Shown: positions 1 through 12,597 of the stretch, piece after piece
Position numbering within the stretch: position 1 is the first letter of the stretch
How the letters are laid out: each line of letters opens with the position of its first letter
Origin: the human T2T-CHM13v2.0 reference genome, Homo sapiens
NCBI RefSeq assembly: GCF_009914755.1
Contig: NC_060932.1
Reading direction: 5' to 3' (one strand)
DNA: 64,000 nt
Program-made: the position numbers and the translations under genes
Notes under the pieces: generated by a model
The model's input: the letters and a program-made list of their open reading frames with translations, nothing else
Databases searched by the model: none
Told to the model about the DNA's origin: nothing

Positions 1-337
1 TGAGTTCGTGTCCTTTGTAGGGACATGGATGAAATTGGAAATCATCATTCTCAGTAAACTATCACAAGAAGGAAAAACCAAACACCGCATAATCTCACTC
101 ATAGGTGGGAATTGAACAATGAGATCACATGGACACAGGAAGGGGAACATCACACTCTGGGGACTGTTGTGGGGTGGGGGGAGGGGGGAGGGATAGCATT
201 GGGAGATATACCTAATGCTAGATGACGAGGTAGTGGGTGCTGTGCACTAGCATGGCACACGTATACATAAGTAACTAACATGCACAATGTGCGCATGTAC
301 CCTAAAACTTAAAGTATAATAATAAAAGAAAAAAAAA
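1..337 (+). mobile_element. LINE-1 3' end (end of ORF2, 3'UTR, poly-A), young primate L1PA2/L1PA3-like; continues beyond window start
   Basis: Typical L1 3' sequence (gggaattgaacaatgagatcacatggacacagg; G-rich tract about 158-192; cctaaaacttaaagtataataa plus A-tail to 337). The diagnostic triplet in gatgacGAG (227-229) is GAG, not ACA/ACG, so not L1HS-Ta/preTa. Confidence 0.95.
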
Positions 338-3300
338 TTAGACAGAAGCATTCTCAGAAACTGCTTGGTGATGTGTGCATTCAACTCACAGAGTTGAACC
401 TTCCTTTTCACAGAGCAGTTTTGAAACGGTCTTTTTGTAGAATTTTCAAGTGGGTAATTTTAGCACTTTGAGGCCTATGGAGGAAAAGGAAGTATCTTCA
501 TATAAAAATTAGATGGAAGCATTCTCAGACACTTGTTTGTGGTGTGTACATTCCACTAACAGAATTGAACCTTTCTTTTGATAGAGCAGTTTTGAAAGAC
601 TCTTTTTGTAGAACCTGCAAGAGGATATTTGGACTGCTTTGAGGACTGTTGTGGAAAAGGAAATATCTTCACATAAAAACTAGACAGAAGTATGCTCAGA
701 AACTTCTTCATGATGTGTGCATTGAACTCAGAGAGTTGAAATTTCCTTTTGTTAGAGCAGTTTTGAAACACTGTTTTTGTAGAATCTGCAAGTGGATATT
801 TGGATCACTTGGAGGCCTATGGTAGAAAAGGAAATATCTTCATATAAAAACTAGACAGAAGCATTCTCAGAAACTACTTTGTTATGTGTGCATTCAACTA
901 ACAGATTTGAACCCTTATTTTGATAGAGCAGTTATGAAAAACTCTTTTTGTAGAATCTGCATGTGAATATTTGGATCTGTTTGAGGCCTCCAGTGGAAAC
1001 GGGAATACCTTCACTTAAAAACTAGACAGAAGCATTCTTGGAGACTATTTTGTGTTGTGTGCATTGAACTCAGAGAGTTTAAACTTCCTTATGATAGAGC
1101 AGTTTTGAAACACTGTTTTTGTAGAATCTGCAAGTGGATATTTGGAGCGATTTGAGGCCTATGATAGAAAAAGAAATATCTTCACATAAAAATTAGACAG
1201 AAGTATTCTGAGAAACAATTTTGTGATGCGTGCATTCAACTCAGAGGGTTGAACATTCCTTTTGATAGAGCAGTTTAGAAACACCCTTTTTGTAGAATCT
1301 GCAAGTGGATATTTGGAGCAATTTGAGGCCTATGGTAGAAAAGGAAATATCTTCATATGAAAATTAGACAGAAGCTTTCTCAGAAACTACTTTGTGATGT
1401 TTGCATTCAACTCACAGAGTTGAACAATTTTTTTGATAGAGCAGTTTTGAATCACTCTTTTTGTAGAGTCTGCAAGTGGATATTTGGAGGGCTTTGAGGC
1501 CTTTCGTGGAAATGGGAATATCTTCACTTAAACACTAGACAGAAGCATTCTCAGAAACTTCTTTGTGATGTGTGCATTCAACTTACCGAGTTGAACCTTC
1601 TGTTTGATAGAGCATTTTGAAACACTCTTTTTGTAGTATCTGCAATTGGATATTTGGAGCGCCTTGAGGCCTATGGTAGAAAAGGAAATATCTTCATAAA
1701 AAAATTAGGAGAAACATTCTCAAAAACTACGTTGTGATGTGTGTATTCAACTCAGAGTTGAAACTTTCTTTTGATAGAGCAGATTTGAAACACTCTTTTT
1801 GTAGAATCTGCAAGTGGATATTTATATCTCTTTGAGGCCTACGGTGGAAACAGGAATATCTTCACATAGAAACTAGACAGAAGCATTATCAGAAACTCCT
1901 TTGTGATGTGTGCATTCATCTAAGAGACTTGAACTTTTATTTTGATAGAGCAGTTTTGAAACACTCTTTTTGTTGAATCCGAAAGTGGATATTTGGACTG
2001 CTTTGTGGCCTTCGGTGGAAACGGGAATATCTTCACATAAAAACTAGACAGAAATATTCTCAGAAACTACTTTGTGATGATTGCATTCAACTCACAGATT
2101 TCCACCTTCCTTTTCATAGAGCCGTTTTGAAACAGTCTTTTTGTAAATTCTGCAGTTGGATATTTGGAGGGCTTTGAGGCCTTTGGTGGAAAAGGATGTG
2201 TCTTCACATAAAAGTAGACAGAAGCACTCTCAGAAACTTCTTTGTGATGTGTGCATTCACCTAACAGTGTTGAAGCTTTCTTTTGATAGAGCAGTTTTGA
2301 AACACTGTTTTTGTGGAATCTGCAAGTGGATATTTGGAGCGCTTTGAGGCCTATGGTAGAAAAGGAGATAACTTAATACAAGAACTAGACAGAAGCATTC
2401 TCAGAAGCTACTTTGTGATGTGTGCATTCAACTCACAGAGTTGAACCTTTCTTTTGTTACAGCAGTTTTGAAACACTCTTTTTGTAGAATCTGCAAGTGG
2501 ATATTTTTAGCTCTTTGATGCCTATGGTTAAAACGGGAATATCTTCACATAAAACCCAGACAGAAGCATTCTCAGAAACTACTTTGTGATGATTGCATTC
2601 AACTCACAGAGTTGAACATTTGTTTTCATAGAGTTGTTTGAAACACTCTTTTTGTAGAATCTGCAAGTGGATATTTGGACCACTTTGAAGCCTTCGGCGG
2701 AAACGGGAATATCTTGACATGAAAACTAGACACAAACATTCTCAGAAAGTTTTTTTGTGATGTGTGCTTTCAACTCACAGTGTTGAACCTTCCTGTTCAT
2801 AGAGCAGTTTGAAACGCTCTTTTTGTAGAATCTGCAAGTGGACATCTTGAGGGCTTTGATGCCTATGTTAAAAAATGAAATACCTACACATAAAAAGTTG
2901 ACAGAAATATTCTGAGAAACTTATTTGTGATGTGTGCATTCAACTCACATATTTGTGATGTGTGCATTCAACTCACAGAGTTGAAACTTGCTTTTCTTAG
3001 AGCAGTTTTGAAACAGTCTTTTTGTAAATTCTTCAAGTGGATAATTGGAGCCCTTTGAGGCCTATGGAGGAAAAGGAAGTATCTTTATATAAAAAGTAGA
3101 CAGAAGCATCCTCAGAAACTTGTGTGTGATGTGTGCATTCCACTAACAAATTTGAACCTTTCTTTTGATAGAGCAGTTTTGAAACACTCTTTTTGTAGTA
3201 TCTGCATGTGGATATTTAGATCTCTTTCAGGCCTATGGTGGAAACGGGATTATCTTCATATAAATACTAGACAGAAGTATTTTCAGAAACTTCTTTGTGC

Positions 3301-6300
3301 TGTGTGAATTAAACTCAGAGAGTTGAACCTACCTTTATAGAGCAGTTTTGAAATACTTCTTTTGGAAAACCTGCAAGTGGATATTCGGATCGCTTTGAGA
3401 TCTATGGTAGAAAAGGAAATATCTTCATATAAAAATTAGACAGAAGCATTCTCAGAAACCAGTTCATGATGCATGCATTCAACTCACAGAGTTGAACAGT
3501 TCTTTTGATATAGCAGTTTTGAAACACTCTTTTTGTAGAATCTGCAAGTGGGTATTTGAAGCGCTTTGAGGCCTTCTTTGGAAATGGGAATATCTTCACA
3601 AAATCTAGACAGAAGCATTCTCAGAAACTTCTCTGTGATGTGTGCATTCAACTAACAGAGGTGAACCTTTCTTTTGAGAGAACAATTTTGAAACTCTCTT
3701 TTTGTAGAATCTGCAAGTGGACATTTGGAGGTTTTTGAGACCTGTGGTGGAAATGAAAATATCTTCACATAGAAACTTGACAGAAGCATTCTCAGTAACT
3801 TCTTTTTGATGTGGGCATTCAACTCACAGAGTTGAACCTTCCTTTTGATAGCGTAGTTTTGAAACACTCTTTTTGTAGAATCTGCAAGTGGAGATTTACA
3901 GATCTTTGGGGCCTACGGTGGAAACGGGAATATCTTCACATAAAAGCTAGACAGAAGCATTCTCATAAACTACTTTGTGATTTGTGCATTCAACTCAGGG
4001 AGTTGAACTTTCTTTGTGATACAGCAGTTTTGAAACACTCTTTTTGCAAGAATCTGCAAGTGGATACTTGGAGCACTTAGAGGCCTATGGCAGAAAAGGA
4101 CATAACTTCATATAGAAACTAGACATAAGCATTCTCAGAAACTATTTTGTGAAGTGTGCATTTAACTCACAGAGTTGAACCTTTCTTTCTTTTGATAGAG
4201 CAGATTTGAAACACTCCTATTCTAGAGTCTGCAAGTGGATATTTGGAGCGCTTTGATGCCTGTAGTGGAAAAAGAAATATCTTCACATAAAAACTAGACA
4301 GCACTATTGTCAGAAACTTTTTTGTGATGTTTGCATTCACCTCACAGAGTTGAACATTTTTTTTCATAGAAAAGTTTTGAAAAACTCTTTTTGTAGAATC
4401 TACAAGTGCATACTGGGACCGTGTTGAGGCCTTCGGTGGAAACGGGAATATCTTCACATAAAAACTATACAGAAGCATTCTCAGAAACTTCTTTGTGATG
4501 TGTGCATTCAACTCATAGATTTGAACCTTCCTTTTGATAGAGCAGTTTTGAAATGCTCTTTTTTTAGAATCTGCAAGTGGATATTTGTAGTGCTTTTAGG
4601 TCTTTGGTGCAAATGGGAATATCTTCACATAAAAACTAGACAGAAGTATTTTCAGAAACTTCTTTGTGATGTGTGCATTCAACCCAGAGTTTTGAACCTT
4701 TCTTGTGATAGAGCCGTTTTGAAACAGTCTTTTTGTATAATCTTCAAGTGGATAATTAGAGGAATTTGAGGCCTATGGAGGAAAAGGAAGTATCTTCATA
4801 TAAAAAGTAGATGGAAGCATTCTCAGAAACTTGTTTGTTATGTGTGCATTTCACTAGCAGAGTTAAACCTTCCTTATGAAAGAGCAGTTATGAAACTCTC
4901 TTTTTGTAGAATATGCAAGTGGATATATGGAGTGCTTCAAGGCCTTCAATGGAAACGGGAATATCTTCTCATAAAAACTAGACGGAATCATTCTCAGAAA
5001 CTTTTTTGTGATGTTTGTATTCAACTCAGAGAGTTGAACATTCCTTTTGATAGAGCAGTTTTTAAAAACTTTTTTTGTAGAATCTGCAAGTGGATATTTG
5101 GACCACTTTGAGGCCTTCAGTAAAAACGGGATTATCTTCACATAAAAGCTAGACAGAAGCATTCTCCGAAACCTCTGTGTGATGTGTGCATTCAACTCAC
5201 AGAGTTGAACCATTCTTTTCATAGAGTAGTTTTGAAACAGTTTTTTTGTAGAATCTGCAAGAGGATATTTAGAGCGCTTTGAGGGCTGTGGTGGAAAAGG
5301 AAATATCCTTACATAAAAAGTACACAGAAGCATTCTCAGAAACTTCTTTGTGATGTGGGCATTCAACTAACAGAGGTGAACATTCCTTTTGATAGAGCAG
5401 TTTTGAAACACTCTTTGTGTAGAACCTGCAAGTGGATATTTGGAGCGCTTTGAAGTCTGTCGTGGAAAACGAAGTATCTTCACATAAAAAAGAGACAGAA
5501 GCATTCTTTGTAACTGCTTTGTGATGTGTGCATTCAACTCACAGGGTTGAACATTCCTCTTGTTAGAGGAGTTTTGAAATACTCTCTTTGTAGAATCTGC
5601 AAGTGGATATTTGGAGCTCTTTGAGGCCTACGGTGGAAATGGGAATATCTTCACATAAAAACTAGACAAAAGCTTTCTCAGAAAATTCTTTGTGATGTGT
5701 GCATTCAACTCAGAGAGTTGAACCTTCCTTTCCATAGAGCAGTTTTGAAACACTCCTTTTGTAGTCTCTGCAAGTGGACATTTGGAGCGTTTTGAGGCCT
5801 CTGGTGGAAAAGGAAATACCTTTACATAGAACCTAGATAGAAGTATTCTCAGAAACTTATTTGTGATGTGTGCATTTAAATCACAAAGTTGAACCTTCCT
5901 TTGTATAGAGCACTGTTGAAACTCTCTTTTTGTAAAATCTGCAAGTGGACATTTGGAGCCCTTTGATGACTGTGGTAAAAAGAAATATCTTCACATAACT
6001 AGACAGTAGCATTCTCACAAATTTCTTTGAGATGTTTGCATTCAACTCACAGAGTTGAACGTTCCTTTTCATAGAGCAGTTTTGAAATACACTTTTTGTA
6101 GAAGCTGCAGGTGTATATTTGGACTGCTTTGAGGCCTTCAGTGGAAACGGGAATATCTTCACTTAAGAACTAGACAGAAGCATTCTCAGAAACTTCTGTG
6201 TGACGTGTGTATTGAACTCACACATTTGAACTGTCCTTTTGATAGAGCTGTTTTGAAACACTCTTTTTGTAATATCTGCAAGTGGATATGTGGAGCCCTT

Positions 6301-8366
6301 TGAGGCCTTCGGTGGAAATGGGAATATCTTCACATAATAACTACAGAGAAGCATTCTCAGAAACTACTTTGTGATATGTGCATTCAACTCACTGAGTTGA
6401 AACTTTCTTTTGATAGAGCAGTTTTGAAACACTCTTTTTGTAGAACCTTCAATTGGGCATTTGAGCGCTATGAGGCTTGTGGTGGAAAAGGCAATATCTT
6501 CACATAGAAACAAGACAGAATCATTCTCACAAACTTCTTTCTGATGTGGGCATTCAACTCACAGAGGTGAACCTTCCTTTTGATAGAGCAGTTTTGAAAC
6601 ACTCTTTTTGTATAATCTACAAGTGGATATTTATAGCTCTTTGAGGCCTACGGTTGAAATGGGAATATCTTCACATAAAAATTAGACAGAAGCATTCTCA
6701 GAAACTACTTTGTGATGATTCTGTTCAACTCAAAAAGTTGAACATTCCTTTTGATAGAGCAGTGTTGAAACACTCTTTTTGTAGTATCTGCAGGTGGACA
6801 TTTGGACCGTTTTGAGGCCCTTGGTGGAAATGGGAATATCGTCACATAAAAACTAGACAGAAATATTTTCAGAAACTTCTTTGTGTGGTGTGCATTCAAC
6901 TCACAGAGTTGAAGCTTCCTTTTCATAGAGCAGTTTTGAAACAGTCTTTTTGTAGAATCTGCAGGTGGATATTTGGAGCGCTTTGAGGCCTATGGTGGAA
7001 AAGGATGTATCTTCACATAAAAGTAGTCAGATGCATTCTCAGAAACTTCTTTGTGATGTGTGCATTCAACTAAGAGAGTTGAAACTTTCTTTTCATAGAG
7101 CAGTTTTGAAACTCTGTTTTTGGAATATCTGCAAGTGGATATTTGGAGCGCTTTGAGGCCTATTGTAGGAAAGGAAATAACTTCATAGAAAAACTAGACA
7201 GAAGCATTCTCAGAAACTAGTTTGTGATGTATGCATTCGACTCACAGAGTTGAACATTTGTTTTGATAGAGCAGATATTTGAAACACTCTTTTTGTAGAA
7301 TTTGCTAGTGGATATCTGGAGCACTTTGATGCCTATGGAGAAAAAGGAAATATCCTCACATAAAAACTAGACAGAAGCAGTCTGAGAAACTTCTTTGTGA
7401 TGTTTGCATTCAACTCACAGATTTTAAGATTCCTTTTCATGAAGCAGTTTTGAAACACTCTTTTCGTAGCGTCTGCAAGTGGATATTTGTACCGATTTGC
7501 GGCCTTCAGTGGAAACGGGAATATCTTCACATAAAAACTAGACTGAAGCATTCTCAGAAACTTCTTTGTGACTTGTGCATTGAACTCACACATTTGAACT
7601 TTCCTTTTGATAGAGCTGTTATGAAACACTCTTTTTGTAGTATCTGCAAGTGGATATGTGGAACACTTTGAGGCCTTCGGTGGAAATGGAAATATCTTCA
7701 CATAATAACTAGAGAGAAGCATTCTCAGAAACTACTTTGTGATATGTGCATTGAACTCACTGAGTTGAACCTTTCTTTTGATAGATCAGGCTTGAAACAC
7801 TCTTTTTGTAGAATCTACAAGTGGACATTTTGAGAGCTTTGAGGTCTGCAGTGGAAAAGCAAATATCTTCACACAGAAACTAGACAGAAGTATTCTCAGA
7901 AACTTCTTTGTGATGTGTGCTTCCACCTCCCAGATTTGAACCTTTTTTTTTGATAGAGCAGTTTTGAAACACTCTTTTTGCAGAATCTGCAAGTGAACAT
8001 TTTGAACGGTTTGATACCTTTGGTGGAAAAGGAAATATCTTTACATAGAAACTAGACAGAATTATTCTCAGAAACTTCTTTGTGATGTGTATATTCAACT
8101 CCCAGAGTTGAACCTTTCTTTTGATAGAGCAGTTTTGAAACACTCTTTTTGTAGAATCTGCAAGTGGATATTTGGAGTGCTTTGAGGCCTTCTTTGGAAA
8201 CGGATGCATTTTCACATAGCAAGTAGACAGAAGTATTCTCAGAAACTTCTTTGTGATGTCTGCATTCAACTCACAGAGTTGAACCTTCCTATTGATGGAG
8301 CAGTTTTGAAACATTGTTTTTGTAGAATTTGCAAGTGGATTTTACAGCGCTTTGAAGATTTTAGAG
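338..8366 (+). repeat. Diverged monomeric alpha satellite (about 47 x 171 bp), outer layer
   Basis: About 171-bp periodicity of cattctcagaaact..tgtgatgtgtgcattcaactcacagagttgaac..gatagagcagttttgaaacac. No homogeneous HOR period. No canonical CENP-B boxes seen, only cttcgGtggaaacggga-type variants. Confidence 0.95.
2922..2977 (+). repeat. Perfect 28-bp tandem duplication inside an alpha monomer
   Basis: tatttgtgatgtgtgcattcaactcaca at 2922-2949 and 2950-2977. Confidence 0.9.
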
Positions 8367-9103
<737 letters not shown>

Positions 9104-9800
9104 TGAACTTTTCTTTTGATAGAGCAGTTTTGAAACACTCTGTTTGTAAAGTCTGCAAGTGGATATTAGGAGGATTTTGAGGCCTTCTTTGGAAAAGGGA
9201 ATATCTTCACAGAAAAATTAGACCGAAGTATTCTCTGAAACTTCTTTGTGATGTGTGCATTCAACTCACAGATTTGAACCTTCCTTTTGATAGAGCAGTT
9301 TTGAAACACTCTTTTTGTAGATTTTGCAAGTGGATATTTAGAGCGCTTTGAGGCCTATGGTAGAAAAGTAAATATCTTCATATAAAAACTACACAGAATC
9401 CTTCTCAGAAAGTACTTTGTTATATGTGCGTTCAACTCACAGAGTTTAACCTTTCTTTTGATAGAGCAGTTTTGAAACACTCTGTTTGTAAAGTCTGCAA
9501 GTGAATATTTGGAGCACTTTGAGGCTTTCTTTGGAAACGGGAATATCTTCACTTAAAAGTAGATGGAAGTATTCTCAGAAACTTCTTTGTGATGTCTGCA
9601 CTTTATTCACAGAGTTGAACCTTCCTTTCTTTAGAACAGTTTTGAAACACTATTTTTGTAGAATTTGCAAGTGGATGTTTACAAAGCTTTGGGGCCTGTG
9701 GTAGAAAAGGAAGTATCTTCATAGAAAAACAACACAGAAGCATTCTCAGAAACTACTTTGTGATGTTTGCATTCAACTCACAGAGGTAAATATTCCTTTC
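9104..9800 (+). repeat. About 4 diverged alpha-satellite monomers between the L1 fragment and the orphan HOR
   Basis: 171-bp monomers of the inner-layer type (ctctgtttgtaaagtctgcaag; actacacaga). Confidence 0.9.
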
Positions 9801-11680
9801 GATAGAGCAGTTTTGAACCACCCTTTTTGTAGGATCTGCAAGTGGATATTTGGATAGCTTTGAGGATTTCGTTGGAAACGGGAATGTCTTCATAGAAAAT
9901 TTAGACAGAAGCATTCTCAGAACCTTGATTGTGATGTGTGTTCTCCACTAACAGAGTTGAACCTTTCTTTTGACGGAACTGTTTTGAAACATTCTTTTTA
10001 TAGAATCTGGAAGTGGATATTTGGAAAGCTTTGAGGATTTCGTTGGAAACGGGAATATCTTCATATAAAATCTAGAAAGAAGCATTCTAAGAAACATCTT
10101 AGGGATGTTTACATTCAAGTCACAGAGTTGAACATTCCCTTTCACAGAGCAGGTTTGAAACAATCTTCTCATACTATCTGGAAGTGGACATTTTGAGCTC
10201 CTTGGGGCCTATGCTGAAAAAGGAAATATCTTCCGACAAAAACTAGACAGAAGCATTCGCAGAATCATGTTTGTGATGTGTGCACTCAACTGTCAGAATT
10301 GAACCTTTGTTTGGACAGAGCACTTTTGAAACACTCTTTTTGTAGAATCTGCAGGTGGATATTTGGCTAGCTTTGAGGATTTCGTTGGAAACGGTAATGT
10401 CTTCAAAGAAAATCTAGACAGAAACATCCTCAGAAACATCTTCGTGATGTTTGCAATCAAGTCACAGAGTTGAACCTTCCGTTTCATAGAGCAGGTTGGA
10501 AACACTCTTTTTGTAGTATCTGGAAGTGGACATTTGGAGCGCTTTCAGGCCTATGGTGAAAAAGGAAATATCTTCCCATAAAAACGACATAGAAGCTATC
10601 TCAGGAACTTGTTTATGATGCATCTAATCAACTAACAGTGTTGAACCTTTGTACTGACAGAGCAGTTTGAAACACTCTTTTTTTGGAATCTGCAAGTGGA
10701 TATTTGGATCGCTTTGAGGATTTCGTTGGAAACGGGATGCAATATAAATCGTACACAGCAGCATACTCAGAAAATACTTTGCCATATTTCCATTCAAGTC
10801 ACAGAGTGGAACATTCCCATTCATAGAGCAGGTTGGAAACACTCTTTTTGTAGTATCTGGAAGTGGACATTTGGAGCGCTTTCTTACCTGTGGTGAAAAA
10901 GGAAATATCTTCCCATAAAAACAAGACAGAAGCATTCTCAGAAACTTTTTTGTGATGTGTGTCCTCAACTAACGGACTTGAACCTTTCTTTTCATGCAGT
11001 ACTTCTGGAACACTCTTTTTGAAGATTCTGCATGTGGATATTTGGATGGCTTTGAGGATTTCGTTGTAAACGGGATTACATATAAAAAGTAGACAGCAGC
11101 ATTCAGAAACTTCTTTGTGGTGTCTGCATTCAAGTCACAGAATTGAACATCCCCTCACATAGAGCAGTTGTGAAGCACTCCATTTGTAGTATCTCGAAGT
11201 GGATATTTGGAGGGCTTTGTAGCCTATCTGGAAAAAGAAAATATCTTCCCATGAATGCGAGATAGAAGCAATCTCAGAAACTTGTTTATGCTGTATCTAC
11301 TCAACTAACTGTGCTGAACCTTTCTATTGATAGAGCAGTTTTGAGACACTCTTCTTTTGGAATCTGCAAGTGGATATATGGATAGATTTGAGGATTTCGT
11401 TGGAAACGGGATTACATATAAAAAGTAGACAGCAGTATTCTCAGAAACTTCTTTGTGATGTTTGCATCCAGCTCTCAGAGTTGAACATTCCCTTTCATAG
11501 AGTAGGTTTGAAACCCTCTTTTTATAGTGTCTGGAAGCGGGCAATTGGAGCGCTTTCAGGCCTATGCTGAAAAAGGAAATTACCCATAGAAACTAGACAG
11601 AAGCATTCTGAGAATCACGTTTGTGATGTGTGTACTCAACTAAGAGAGTTGAACCATTCTTTTGATACAGTAGTTTTGAA
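9800..11680 (+). repeat. Single isolated copy of the 11-mer HOR that forms the array at 37.5-64 kb
   Basis: Same ordered diagnostic monomers (aaccttgattg, aacatcttagggatg, cttccgacaaaaac, agctatctcaggaac, cccatgaatgcgagatag, ggaagcgggc). ORF 10293-10505 differs by one residue from the array ORFs (38006-38218 etc.). Confidence 0.93.
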
Positions 11681-12580
11681 AAACTGTTTTTGTAGAATCT
11701 GCAAGTGGATATTTGGACGTCTTTGATGCCTTCATTGGAAACGGTATTCCTTCATATGAAAGATAAACAGAAGAATTCTCCGAAACTTCTTTGTGATGTG
11801 TGCATTCTACTCAAAGAGTTGAACATTCCTTTCTATATAGAAGTTTTTAAACACTCTTTTTCTAGAATTTCCAAGTGGATATTTAGTGCGCTTTGAGGCC
11901 TATGTTAGAAAATGAAATGTCTTCATATAAAAAATAGAGATAATCATTCTCAGAAACAATTTTGTGATATGTGCGTGCAACTCACAGAGCTTAACTTTCT
12001 TTTGATGGGTCTGATTTGAAACACTTTTTTTGTAGAATTTGCAAGTGTATATTTATTGCTCTTTAAGACCTGTGGTAGAAAAGGATATCTCTTCACATAA
12101 AAACTAGACAGAAGCATTCTCAGAGACCACATTGTGATGCTTGCATTCAACTCACAGAGTTGAACATTCCTCTTGAGAGAGCAGTTTTGAAACAGTCTTT
12201 TTGTAGGCTCTGCTAGTGGATATTTGACCTCTTTGTGACCTTCGTTGGAAACAGGATTTCTTCATTTGAAAATTAGAAAGAAGATTTCTCAGAAACTTCT
12301 TTGTGATGTGTGCATTTATTTCACAGAGTTGAATTTTGCTTTCAATAGAGTAGTTTTGAAACACTCTTTTTGTAGAATTTCCAAGTGAATATTTAGAGTG
12401 GTTTAAGGCCTAACCTAGAAAAGGAAATATCTTCATATGGAAACTACACAGAATCATTCTCAGAAACTACTTCATGATGTGTGCGTTCAACTCAAAGAGT
12501 TTAACCTTTCTTTGGATGGGGCAGTTTTGAAACACTCTTTTTGTAGTATCTGCAAGTGGATATTTTGACCTCTTTGTGGC

Positions 12581-12597
12581 CTTCGTTGGAAACGGGA
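12581..12597 (+). promoter_or_regulatory. Canonical CENP-B box in the monomeric layer (others at 13773, 19880, 25339, 28433, 30298, 33319)
   Basis: cttcgttggaaacggga is an exact consensus match. Confidence 0.88.

Noticed and set aside
158-192. G-quadruplex-prone tract (also about 32645-32678)
   Set aside because: Standard L1 3'UTR polypurine tract, not specific to this locus.
1-337. Possibility that this L1 3' end is the same insertion as the L1 at 30512-32836 or the missing tail of the 8367 fragment
   Set aside because: The downstream flank and tail differ and several 3'UTR positions differ. It lies upstream of the 8367 fragment in the same orientation, so it is treated as an independent insertion.
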